Below, in pieces: positions 11,490 to 23,482 of a stretch of DNA of 64,000 nt. Below the pieces are notes generated by a model. It ran no database searches. It was given only the letters and a program-made list of their open reading frames with translations, and was not told the origin of the DNA. Source of the DNA: Paraphysomonas bandaiensis (lineage: Eukaryota > Protista > Chrysophyceae). Location of the stretch: positions 1-64,000 of the forward strand of contig CBFFRP010000089.1 in NCBI GenBank assembly GCA_965644295.1. Direction: 5' to 3'. A program made the position numbers and the translations under genes. How positions within the stretch are numbered: the stretch's first letter is position 1; every line of letters starts with the position of its first letter.

Positions 11490-11795
11490 TCCTAGGTGCT
11501 TGCGGTGATGCACAAGCAGCTTTCGTAGCGTTAAGAGTTAAGCACTGACTATAAGTTTTTTTTGAGGTGAATACCATGGAAACGTACCCAATCTTGTCAT
11601 TGTAAAACTAAATTCGAAATTAAATCAATTTATGATGAGGTAGTTATACCAAAATCGGTATGACGAGATGAACAACCTTTGTGAGGTTGAATAATACATC
11701 CCAAACATTAGTAGTTATATACTACGTAACGTAATCCAATATAACCACCCGCAACCATGCAACGAAAATTTCTAAGAAAACTATAGCACTATAAT

Positions 11796-13204
11796 CTACG
11801 TAACAATACGAATGTTACCTAACAGCCACATGTCATTATAATCCTGCGTTGCATCAATACCACCGAATATCAATACGCCATTCGTGCATTCAATTCCCGA
11901 ACCAGCAGCAGACCCCAATAGCCACTGTGGAGCTGGACACATACAATGAGCAAATCTTCCTCCTATAGTGCTAGAAGGCTGCACTAATTTCCACATGTGC
12001 TGAGTAGAGTCGTCATCAAAATCCAAGGGGGATATTATTACGTCCTCCGATATACCTTGTCCTGTAAACCCACCATACAGGACCAAGACAGGGGGGGCAC
12101 TCACAACACTTGCACTATGTGCACAACGAGGGTGGGGAAGCGCCATACTTGATAGCTTTCGCCAATTTAATGGGCATTCATCACACCCTATGTCATCGCC
12201 ATTGTGAGGTTCAAGTATCCAAGTGTCGGCTAAAACAGTTTCGGCGTTCCGCCCCCCAGCAATAAGAAGGCCAGTTCTCGAAGAGGAGGCATTTAGGGGA
12301 ACTACAGAGGCAGAGAACATTTCTCGACAGGGTGGACAAGGGGTACTTACAGAGGGAGTTAGGAGTTTCCAGGTGACGAAGAAATCAGTTGAGTCTGCAG
12401 TTATACAAGGTTACATCTATGGACCTAGGCAACAGATAGACACCTGAGATGCCTTCTTTCGGGAGGACGGCGTAGTAGGTATCGCCCAGTGGACCTAGTT
12501 CCGGCGACGCTCCTCCATACAGCACTAGAAAGTGTTGAACGTCATTATCATTCGTTCCCTCTGAAGAGGAGGTGGAAATAATGCGAAGACAGTGGGAGTT
12601 TCGAGCAGATATCTCTGCACCAGCCTCTCCAACATAGTGCCACTCCAATGAAACTGGATAAGAAATGTTACACACACACGCATCGCCACCACAAAACTAA
12701 CCTGTATTCAATGTGTAGAGATCGTTATAAACAGCCTCGTTCTCAAAGTCAATACCCCCAAATAAAAACACAAAATCACCGAAACGACAAGTCGAGTGCC
12801 CACTTCGAGGTGGCGGAATATCTCCAGTTGTTTCCAGCTAAGAATATATATCAGGTCACATGACCTATTGTAACTATATACATACCCTCTTCCATGAGAC
12901 ACTGGAGTCGCCATCTGTGATGCAATTCTTAATATGCAGAGATATCCGCAGTGACACTCACCTGCTCTTACGAGAGCATGCACATCATTATAGTGCTCCT
13001 GCTCACGATTCGCTCCTCCGAATAAAATAACACAATTATCTGTCTATAAGTAAATAAGAACACTTGATTCTTTCCTTATGAAGCCGCACATCACAGCAGA
13101 AGACTTACCACTGTTATAGATGAGCCCCCTCGAGGACACACGCCAGATACACTCTCATACAGATGTTTCGACACACAAGTGGACTCATCACTAAAACTTG
13201 CCAT
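11796..13204 (-). CDS. Kelch-repeat (beta-propeller) protein, multi-exon
   Basis: Repeats PRGGSS..ILFGG, PPRSGHS..FLFGG, ARNSH..VLYGG, PRCAHS..VLYGG, GRFAH..LIFGG..YNDMW; GT-AG introns; ATG at 13204. Confidence 0.85.
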
Positions 13205-13611
13205 TCGGAATCAGACTCAACACTGTTACGTGGGTAATACAATGAATGTCTCGTGTGTTGTTTGTCTTTATCACTGCAGCAGACATATTTTGGGTAGAAG
13301 CACGCTGCCACTCTGTGTATACTTCGTACATGTCTATGTACAGTGTATATCTAGATATGTGTATGTATATGGTATACAGTTATCACTGAGAATACAATGG
13401 TAATATGCCGGTATACCATTGTATACTGCAGCAGTACAGCAGCAGATGTAGCAGAGCGAGGCAGTCCAGTGTATGTAGCAGTGTGCCAGTGTGGTTATCG
13501 CATGACTCCTATTGCATTAATCAGTATTCATATTGTATTGGTCTGAAATCGAAGCTACGATTAAGAGTTTGTAGCGTGCAATTATAGAATATCTAATATA
13601 AGGGTCGCGTC

Positions 13612-14663
13612 ATGCTTCCTATAAGCTCTCGAGGCCTGGGCAGTTCTCACAGATATGGGGCTGGTGATGGTCACTTTCCCGAATACGTTAGGAGGCTATG
13701 TGATTTTCAACAAATGGATTTTGAATCGGCATTTGATCAAGTTTTCTGTCTATTATCCATCGATCCTCAGAAAGTGTGAGTGTTTGTTAATCTACACGAG
13801 TTTGTCGAGTTCTCATATTTGTTATAGATACACCTCGTTCTATTACAGAAAACGTATGAAAACCCTCAAACGCAATATTTGAATTAATGCATTTCTGTAG
13901 AAACTAAGAATCAGTGGGCGCGAGATGATCCTGCATTCGTTGTTGTAGAGATGATATTTGTCGGGGTATTACGTTTCGTCTCTTGCGGGGATTATATTTT
14001 AAAGTTTTGTCAGGTCGCCTCTTTGGCATATGCTGTTGCATTCCAGAATGCTAGTTTTTGGGGATATTTATGGGCACTGCTTTATGGTCTTGTTGTTGAT
14101 TGGCTGCTGGTGGGCGTTGCGGTGGCTTCGACATTTAGTTATCTTGCTAATAAGTACTTGCGACAATACCACTCCCACAGCGTCGAACAAGAAGTCGAAT
14201 GGATGTTCGCGTTTGATGTACATGCGAATAGTTTTTTGTGCAGCTTCGTTCTTACTCATGTTCTTCAGGTGAGTGATACCAGAACTAAGTGTTTCTTGTT
14301 GTAGATCGATTTATGAAAAGTTAACTTCCCGTTTTTCGTAGTATTTTTTGCTGCCTATTTTGCTCAACACTGGCGCCCTTCCGTGCTTGATGTCAAACAT
14401 TCTTTATGGACTTGCCGTCGTATGGTATGCTTATATTACGCATTTGGGATATAGAAGTAAGTGCTTGTGATATGTGCTATAGCAATTCTCGAAATACAGT
14501 AACTTATTTTCGTACAGCGCTACCTTTTCTAGGAAATACGCAAGTGTTCCTTTGGTATCCCATTGTTGCTGTTAGTTTTGCGCTCTTATTCTCTATTGTT
14601 TTAATGATGATGGGGTTGCGCATAAATATGACGAGAGTTATTATGGCTTTTCACTATGGCTAG
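13612..14663 (+). CDS. UNC50: UNC-50/GMH1 family Golgi membrane protein, multi-exon
   Basis: QMDFESAFDQ, YYRK..TKNQWARDDPAF, EQEVEWMFAFDVHANSF, YITHLGYR.LPFL. Confidence 0.92.
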
Positions 14664-15075
14664 TGTTGTAGTACGCGGAACGTTACATTTTGTTCTGTTG
14701 TTGTAGACGTCGCTGATGAACAATATTTCTAGTGTGATTGTGAAAAAGTTTTTAGGGCTAAGAATATAATATATCGTGGTGGAGTCAATATGCTGTTTTG
14801 TTTTGATGTAAAAAGTGGTATAAAGCTGGATGTTGGAACTTTACCGAAGAATAACACTTTATGTAAAATGCGTATCGTCAACGGACACTTGTTGTGACTA
14901 GAATATGTTTCGTCTTCCAAAAATATGCAGCTACTATTTCATTTTAACTGCCTGCTTTACAATTATGTTCCCTAAGCTCTAATTTTTGAAGCTTCTTTGT
15001 ACAATAGTCCTCATTCCTCATTGTAATATCGTTAAGAGTTGCTGCTTGAAAATTAACCAAACCACCCGGCAATTG

Positions 15076-15222
15076 TAATTACATATTATTACATTTCCAC
15101 TGTTTTTTATCGCCTTAAATGAGTGTGTAGATATCCTCTTTTAGTATATAATTACATATTATTACATTTCCACTGCTTTTTATCGCCTTAAATGAGTGTG
15201 TAGATATCCTCTTTTAGTATAT
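15076..15222. repeat. 73-bp tandem duplication (2 copies)
   Basis: taattacatattattacatttccactg...tagtatat starts at 15076 and at 15149, with about one mismatch. Confidence 0.9.
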
Positions 15223-15237
15223 TTCAACAAGAAGAGT

Positions 15238-18200
15238 ATGGCTCACACATCATTTACGTATTGGATATGAAAACGAACAGCGTTCAGATATCTCCCGTTG
15301 ATATCTCCCTTTGATGTTAACAATACCCATGGATGCATACTGAATATATGAAACACAGACAATCGGTGAGAAGATACTCCTAGCAAAGTGATACAGCCGC
15401 ATGGTACATCAAAGAGGAGAGTATCAGTGCATTATTGGGATAAACAGATTTCTACATTACTGTTGTATACACTTGAATACGTATGTATTACACTAAACAG
15501 TCGCCAAAAAACTAGAAGTGGAAGTCAAAACCCAACGTCCAAAAACAAGTAAGCGAATTTGGTATATGCAGACGACCTGCTCTGCTATTACACGAAAGAG
15601 GCAGTAGTCGCACAAGATATCTGCTATAACACTATTCACCACCTGATCGTCACCACCTTCATATTGAGGAGTAGTGTATTGCATGGTCATACCATTGACT
15701 CTATTGCGCACAGATTGAGTTCATCAGAGATTGCCAGTGAATCACATCAGCACTATGACTGGAAAGACTGAAAAAGGTTCAGACGAGAGTATGGATCTGC
15801 TGCTGGATAATTTAGATGATATTCCCTCTCTAATGCATCTCGTCAAAACAGCTCCTGCCTCTCCCACACGGTTTAGAGGTATGATCGTATATCTATTCGA
15901 GACAATCTTTTATTTTGCTCACAGGACTCACGAATATATCCCATAACGTGCACCAAGCCATGAAGTCTCATGATAGCAGTAATGCCACTTACTCAGCACA
16001 TAGCAAGAAAATGGTATGGCAAGCTTCTAAAGTTCTGGCAGAGCTCTCGAAGATGGATGACACCAGAAAGATCAGAAAGGAAAGGTCACTCGATGAAATT
16101 GCAGGAATTGCCAAACAATCTTTAGAAAAGAAATCTAACTTAATTGGAGATAATGATGATATATTTAGAAATTATGATCAGTGCAAACGTGGCATTGTTA
16201 CATACGATGACTTCCAGCAAACACTGATAGCAAGAAATGCAGGGTTGACAAAACAGGAAACAATTGCCCTCGCAACTGCACTCGATAAGGACAGAAGTGG
16301 TGTTTTGGACTATACGGATCTTACGAAAGGTCTAGATTCATTGAGCACGAGCACAAAGAAAGCAGATTCGAAAGCAGCCAGGGCGTCAAGCTATAGTCAG
16401 CAGCATGAGGAGTCCATGCGGAAACGCACCCTGCAGACACAACAGTCTGAGGGAGCAACAGAATACCAGGCGGAATCCACCGCAGAAGTAGGTGGATATC
16501 AGAGAGCGTTTGAATATGGTTTGCGATGTGCAGAGAAAAGACAGCGAGACCTTGAACAGATTGCCGAAAACGAGGAGCGGTACCGCCGTGGGGTCGCGCC
16601 TTTGGACATCCCCCCTGCGGAATGTGAATTCGATTACACCGCCCATCTCCCACCAAAGGTAGCACCTGATGCAGAGCCAAGCAAACGATTTTACAAGGGA
16701 TCTGGCGCTAAACCAGAATGGTACGGAGATAAGGTCAACGATCTGCTTCATGTGAAGTATCCTAAAAAGAATTCGAAGAGTTCTACCTTTACTAGCGTTC
16801 GTAAAAAGAGTACAGAGCACCACCATTCATGGAGCGACGATGAGGATATGACATCATACACAAAAGCATTTATGATTTCTCGAAGTCAGCGCCCGGAACA
16901 TTCTTTTAACAAGCGAAACATCACAGGAGTTGGACATCTTGCAACTACACCGGTCAGAGATCGAAAAGGTGATGATGTTGGAGGACCCACCACTATTGTC
17001 ACCAGAAAGCACAAGGGCGATCCAGCCAGCATCAGAAACCGTACTACTCGAGCATTTAATAATAGTTTCATAGTTGATCAGGTACTTATTTATTGCTTGG
17101 GAGTATATTAGAAGGTACTAACCAACGACTTGCAGGCTCGCCCGGTACGTAATAAGAAGAGGTCTAATTCGGAGCCGCCAGGTGGGAGATCGACACATCA
17201 ACAGGATAACAGCAGCCTATATACATATCTGAGCAAGCAAGTAGAAGGAAAAGAGACAACTAGTGGAGGATCAGGCGGAAAGCAAAGACCTGAAAGTATT
17301 TCTGCAGAGTCGAAGCCTGAGGTCGATATGATCATAATGCCCTACAATCAGAGAGTTAGCGAAAATGTGAGCAGGGCACTTAAAGAAACAACTCCCGCAC
17401 ATATGAGCTATATCGATACTCATGAAAAGAAAGGATCTTGTAAACGCAGCCTTATAGCAGATGAAAAAACATCTTCTCTGCAGATGAGTGTCAACGCCCT
17501 TCTGTCTCAGGTAGACAGCCACAGCAAAATAAAAGTGTTGCAAAGTAAATTGAAGCGTTTGGATATTAGTAACTCTGGATATGTCAATAAGTCCGAGTTC
17601 ACCACAGCCCTTGGTCGCATGGGTGTTCATATGACCCCCGAGCAGATTGATACAGTATTTGACTCAAATGCACGAGAACCAGCAGGGGCATCAAAAACTT
17701 CCCTGGCACTGGACATATCGAGTTGCCGTCGTGGAATCAACGTAAAGGACTTCATTCAAAAGATACAGGCCCGTTCTTCGGCCACAGCACTTAGGAAAAG
17801 ACGATCCAAGCAAACCCTTACTGAAAAGGCTGAAACACCGATAGAAGTTGAAGATAGAGAGACATGGAAGAAAGTTTTGGACGCTTTTTCCGATCCTCAT
17901 GGATCATCTAATCAAGCATTGCACTTTTTCCGCGATGCGCAGGTAAATCACCAAAATGAGATAGCACCCGAAAGATTGAAAGAAGAATTAAACTTTATTG
18001 GTGCGAAGTTGAATGATGTTGAATTTAGTAACATTCTATCGAATATCAAGAGAAACCCCCACGGGAAAGTTGATGTGAATGACTTCACGAGAGAGTTACA
18101 CAGAAGGAGCGCTGAGTGTCATGCGGTTGATAAATGGACTGCACTGATGCCGTCATTAGAACACACACCCCACTCAGCCTCTGAGCATTCGAAATCTCTA

Positions 18201-19529
18201 TCTAAACTCCAACAACAAAATAAAGTTCCTGAAAAGGTCAAGAGTCAAAGGAAGCATTTTAATTCTAAGCAAGGAGAGGAGACCTACGGAAACCTGTCCT
18301 CACATGAGAAGGCACTTCAGTACATGTCGCTATTGGTGAAGCCAGATTTATCTCGCAATTCCTCGCCACAAGAGAGTGTTCCCTCCTGTTTGACGTTAGC
18401 TGACACTCAAGAATTTAGGAAAGAGCGATTAAAATGGTCAAAACTCCGGGACCATTTAGTCGACAAGCGTAATGATATGCTAAAGGCATTTGGCGGACCA
18501 GATCAGGTGAAGAAGAAGTTATCACCACCAGAAATTCGAGATCGGCTCTACCAAGCGGGTGTATTTCTTGGTGATGATGACTTCAAGCTACTCCAGAGCT
18601 ACGCTGCGACATCCACTTCTGCTGGTACCAAAGCCACTGCTCACGGTGAATGCCCGTCGACACAGCAAATAGAAGTAAGCAGCATATTCGAATCTGTTGG
18701 ACTTGTTACTGAGGTGGATAGTAGAAAACGAGCAGGTAAGTCAAAAGCATACACACACGGGTTGATTTAATGAGAGCTATACAGTTGTCACATCGTCCCG
18801 AGATATTGATAGAGATGGTGGTGTTTTTTCCTCCTCTGAAAAATCTCTACTGGCGCATCCGACATATCGATCAAGCATGTTGACGAGTTCTCTGTCAGAC
18901 TTAAAGGAAGTGAAGGGAAACCAAAAAAGGTGCCATGAAAGTTTTTATCATTGATTGTTGTTAAAAATGAATTTAGGCGATTTGACCCGGTATCTGGCCT
19001 GCCATTGGACAAGAATGCTGTTGGATCATTTCAAATGAAACCATCTGAGTTTTGGAAATTTGAACATGTTGGGGAGTTGACTCACATTACCGGTGACCAG
19101 CGTTTACATAGGAATGGGAGCAGTGTTTCTGGGCATAAGTATCAAGGAACTTCTCTGCGACAACTGCAGCAGCAGCGGGACGCGAGAAAACGTTCTTCAA
19201 GCGCACCGCCTGGTGGAAACAGGGGAACATCTTCATCAAATTATCTATGGCAAGGTCAAAGGGAGGAGAGGGGACGAAACCGGGATATTCCTGTGTCCCG
19301 ATTTGCTGCCACTCCTTTGGCGCAGTACATGGCTGCGAAAAATGGTTCCACATTGTTTGAACATTCACAATCAGCACAAGGGGCGCTGCGCACCTCAGAT
19401 TTGGTGTCTAATGTGGAGTCATCTTCATCTTTTGTGAAAGAAGAAGTTAGACACACTGTAAGAAATGTGGAATACACTGAAGTCGATTCTCAAAGCCATA
19501 CTTCCAGAAGTACTGTTCTGTCTAATTAG
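15238..19529 (+). CDS. Large multi-EF-hand protein with low-complexity linkers, multi-exon; start uncertain
   Basis: EF-hand-like loops YDQCKRGIVTYDDF, LDKDRSGVLDYTDL, LDISNSGYVNKSEF, KRNPHGKVDVNDF. ORFs 15731-15946, 15915-17111, 17130-18770 and 18951-19529 are linked by short GT-AG introns. Confidence 0.72.
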
Positions 19530-19999
19530 TTCATTGAATGCCGCATTTATGGATATAAATATGTTTTGATTGTTGCATGAGTATAAGTAAAGAAGTCTGT
19601 CTATGTCATAGCCCTGCTGTAATAATGTAGACTAGTTGTCAAGACTTCTAAGTATCTAAGTATAATAATGTGTTGCAGTGCTTCTGCGGCTTCTCTCTGA
19701 AGGTGCATACAAGATATGCCGACGTGAAATACCCAAGAAGCAAATAGAAGGTGCAAAGTAAACACACCATTTAATAATCCATGAAAAACATTTGAAAACT
19801 GCTCTTGTTTTTGATGGCAATACAGAAGTATAATGTCAACCATATCTAGAAATTATGTAAAATATTGCACAACAGCAAAGTAATATTTCTACCATTGCAA
19901 AGCCATTCATGTAGTTAGATTACACATAGTAGTAGAGAGTGTCTGGTTATCAGCAATAGGCGTGTAAGAGTCAGAACTAATGTAGCAATGATATTAACT

Positions 20000-21375
20000 A
20001 TTTAACTATGATATCCTACTATTCAGCGCTACGAGAAGTGCTTGTGCATCACTGCAAACACCAAGGTGTAGCAACCTTCACTCCATCACTTTTGCGAAAT
20101 CACCCAAAGCATACGTAGTGAGCAAGGAAAATGTTGATATACTTGACATCTGCTGACAGTCCGGATACTTGACTTCAGCAGGCAGCCCAATGTACCCCGG
20201 ATGCCCTTGAGATGGGCCCATTCCCGGATACCTGTTTATCAGGGCTGCGTATCAATTAATTGATTTTCAATTAATTAAATGACAAACTGGCACCGGAAGT
20301 CATTGCACGAGTGTTATTTGAGAATATGTAAATGATAATAACAACGAAGAGGCTGCAATAGAGATTTGTCCTTCAGGAAAAGGGGCTCCACATTTTAAAA
20401 TTCCGTGATTGACCGCTACTCGCTTCTATCTAATCACATACGCGATCATTCGAGTTAGGTTCCGACGTGTTAAGTCTAATGCCAAGTGAAAAGGAGCATG
20501 TCAAGCTCGTGCAATACGGGTGGAATAGGAATTGTTGCAACTAGTGTCCTTACAATTACAGAAGTAAAGTTAACACCAGCTTGACCTCCACGACGTTTGT
20601 ACATTGTTTGACGAACTCTTCATAATGCACCCGATTGTTGAGCGTCATCTGGGCGACAGTGCTGCTATTATTCATAACGCTGCTTTCGAAAAGGCAGTTG
20701 TGAAGATTCAATGTGGCAACGAAGCCGTAACTCGGACGGCAAAAAGGATCAAACTAAAATATTTTTGCTCGATGAGGAAGAAGATTATAATATGACGGTG
20801 CAAGTCTAGTTCCGAATGACGACGCAGCGCGAGGTTTGATTAATGATAGCAGGCAGTGGAAGCAAGCAAGACTTAACCAGCAAACTCATTACCGCAGCAT
20901 GAAACACTTGCATACTACAGCCAATAAGGTTGAGAGGTTGTTCAGTAGAGCTACGATTGTTATGACGGGCTTGCGCAAGAGCTTGACTCCTCAACATTTA
21001 AGAGCTAATTATATGTGTTTACGCACGAATCGTCGCCTCTGGAATGAAATGACAGTTGAGGTAGCTATATTGGCAGCTAGTGTATTTTAATACTAAATAA
21101 TTGCAATGACTGTATAATTGACTCCAACCTGCGTCAATTAATTGATGTGCAGCCCTGCTTTTTATTCGTCAAGGCCCAAAGACGTCTACACAAGTGACAC
21201 TTATATTAGTGTCCCTTGTACCACACAAGCATTCAGCTATGAGTGGGAAGAATAATAGCTTCTGACTATATAATATGCGGATCACGTTTTAGTTTCCCGG
21301 AGAAATATCTCCTGTACATATCCCCCAGAACGCCACGAATAGGTGCAAGTCCGCCTTTTTTGAGAGAAGGGATTT
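20000..21375 (-). repeat. Copy 2 of the dispersed repeat family (inverted), interrupted by a second hAT
   Basis: 21160-21300 is the reverse complement of 8875-9005; 20030-20240 matches 10285-10470 and 31860-31940. Confidence 0.72.
20240..21157 (+). mobile_element. Second decayed hAT DNA transposon (different family)
   Basis: TIRs cagggctgcgtatcaattaattga / tcaattaattgatgtgcagccctg; 8-bp TSD ctgtttat (20232-20239) / ctttttat (21158-21165). Remnant TANKVERLFSRATIVMTGLRKSLTPQHL..LRTNRRLW is the hAT dimerisation domain. Confidence 0.88.
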
Positions 21376-21628
21376 CTAAATTACTATATCTGGAAGTAGA
21401 AAACTAGCTATTAGTGGCTGGGATACAGCTAGAATTAAATATGGGAAAATATGGGCAACGCGGCGCTATGGACTTTTAGATATAGCAGAAATTTAAGAGC
21501 CATGAAATAAAGAAGTTACAGTTAAGTGTCGAGTGTTGTAAGAAGGCTTTGACACTAATTTCTACCCTATATGTTTGATTTCAATATATCTCTTTATATA
21601 CAGAATATATAACTTAACTAAAATACTC

Positions 21629-23007
21629 CTATGTAGACATAACTCGTTGCAAATGCTGTAGCAACTCCAAAGGTACAGTAAATCCTAATCTAGCTAGACT
21701 ACCAGCATCTAGCAAAGCGTACAATCTATCAATATTGATGGCCCACATTTTATCCTCGTCGATCCATCTTCGTTCACCCTCCGGAGTGTTTTTAACGATG
21801 TCCACGACACTCGAATCATAGACAAATGCGAGATAGGCAGCGTCTGTAGGTGCACTCACTCGACACACACGGACAGCAATATCATATGCAGTTATACAAG
21901 CAGAGCAAGCTACACTGTGAGTATAAGCACTTCTGGCCCCGCTTTCCACACGGCCCCCAAGGGCCTCCCATAAGTCGACAGCATGACAAAGGGAAGCCAG
22001 AGGCGCTCTCCACGATTTCTCCGTTGGAAGATAGCGCCGCCCCGGAACATATGCCTTAATAGCATCCACAACCTCCCTGGAATATGGCATCTGCATGACC
22101 ACTTCAAAAGCAGTGTCTCCATTCCGTTTATCCAGGAATAGAGAGTCTGATCCGCAGCCCCGCAATGCCCCTCGAACACTTTGAGAAAGCGAAATATTTG
22201 TTGTAGGGTGACGTTTCAAGACGTAGAAAGTGCATTGCCCGTGACATACACTGGACGAACAGCGCTTCAAGGACACCGACTGCCCGACGGAACATATATG
22301 TACAGGAACAGATTCGTAGCTCCCATTTGTTCCGTGATTATATTCATCAACGGTTGCTGCAGATGCTGTCCGCTTTTTCGTGTTCTCATTCAAAAAGGCA
22401 TATCTACCCACTGCACAAGTAGCCCCCGCAGCTGCCTGTCTCGCTAAGTTGTCTACCCTGTCATTCCATTCTTCACCGCTATGCCCACGGACATGCTCGA
22501 ATTCAATACCAGACCCTCCATGTCGACACAGCAAACGCTGAAGTTTCTGATAGTGTTCTCTGATTGTTTTTATTAACTCTTTATTCTTGGCACCATTAAA
22601 TATTCCCATTACGCTCTTGGCTGCATATTCACTATCATACTTCAACAACACGCGTCTACTTACGCGTCCTGATAGAGCATCACTATCCGTCGAAAAGAAG
22701 TCATGGAGCCATATAAGAGCTTCGCCAATTGCAGTCAACTCTGCAGTGTTATTGGAGCCTATACAAACTCAGTGTGAGGACTCCTTCTCGTATATATACA
22801 GATCATACCCACAGTGGCCCCGAGGAAATACTTCGAGCTCGAGTCTAACACAACCGCACCATATAGCTCAGCGAACACTACAGGCCTACCGCCTCCAGAG
22901 GAAGCTCGGAGGACGGCGGCAGCCCATCCGGTAGGACATGAGCTGTTCTTAACGTTCTTGTTACCGATACACGCACCATCTGTGTACACGATGATCCTGT
23001 CCTCCAT
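21629..23007 (-). CDS. Ribonuclease H1-type nuclease with two C-terminal HARP-like domains
   Basis: RNase HI motifs YTDGAC, SNNTAELTAI, YDSEY, HVRGHSGEEWNDRVDNLA (all four acidic residues present); intron 22808-22759; repeats MPYSREVVDAIKAYVPGRRYLPTEKSW and FVYDSSVVDIVKNTPEGERRWIDEDKMW. Confidence 0.85.
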
Positions 23008-23077
23008 GAAGTCGAGTCTGCTCTAGGAGATACACGAAGGAGCCAGGGACGAGCAATACATATACAGCTACCATAAT

Positions 23078-23376
23078 CATACCTACCTACCTACATACAT
23101 ACTTAAGTACATACCTACATGTACCTACCTACCTACATACATACATATATACATAAGTACATACATACATACATACATACCTACATACATACATACATAC
23201 ATACATACATACATACATACATACATACATACATACATACATACATACATACATACATACATACATACATACATACATACATACATACATACATACATAC
23301 ATACATACATACATACATACATACATACATACATACATACATACATACATACATACATACATACCTACATACATAC
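23078..23376. repeat. (TACA)n microsatellite, about 300 bp
   Basis: Directly visible, with a few TACC variants. Confidence 0.98.
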
Positions 23377-23482
23377 ACACAGCATTCATATATAGACACA
23401 TGGAGGAAGAATATCCAGCAGTTTATATCTGGACACTGTTGCACTGTGCCCTGCTGTCTCTCAATTAGTACAACAGTCAGAT

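Noticed and set aside
19093-19437. Overlapping ORF shared with the copy at 10980-11387
   Set aside because: An alternative frame conserved only because the DNA was recently duplicated.
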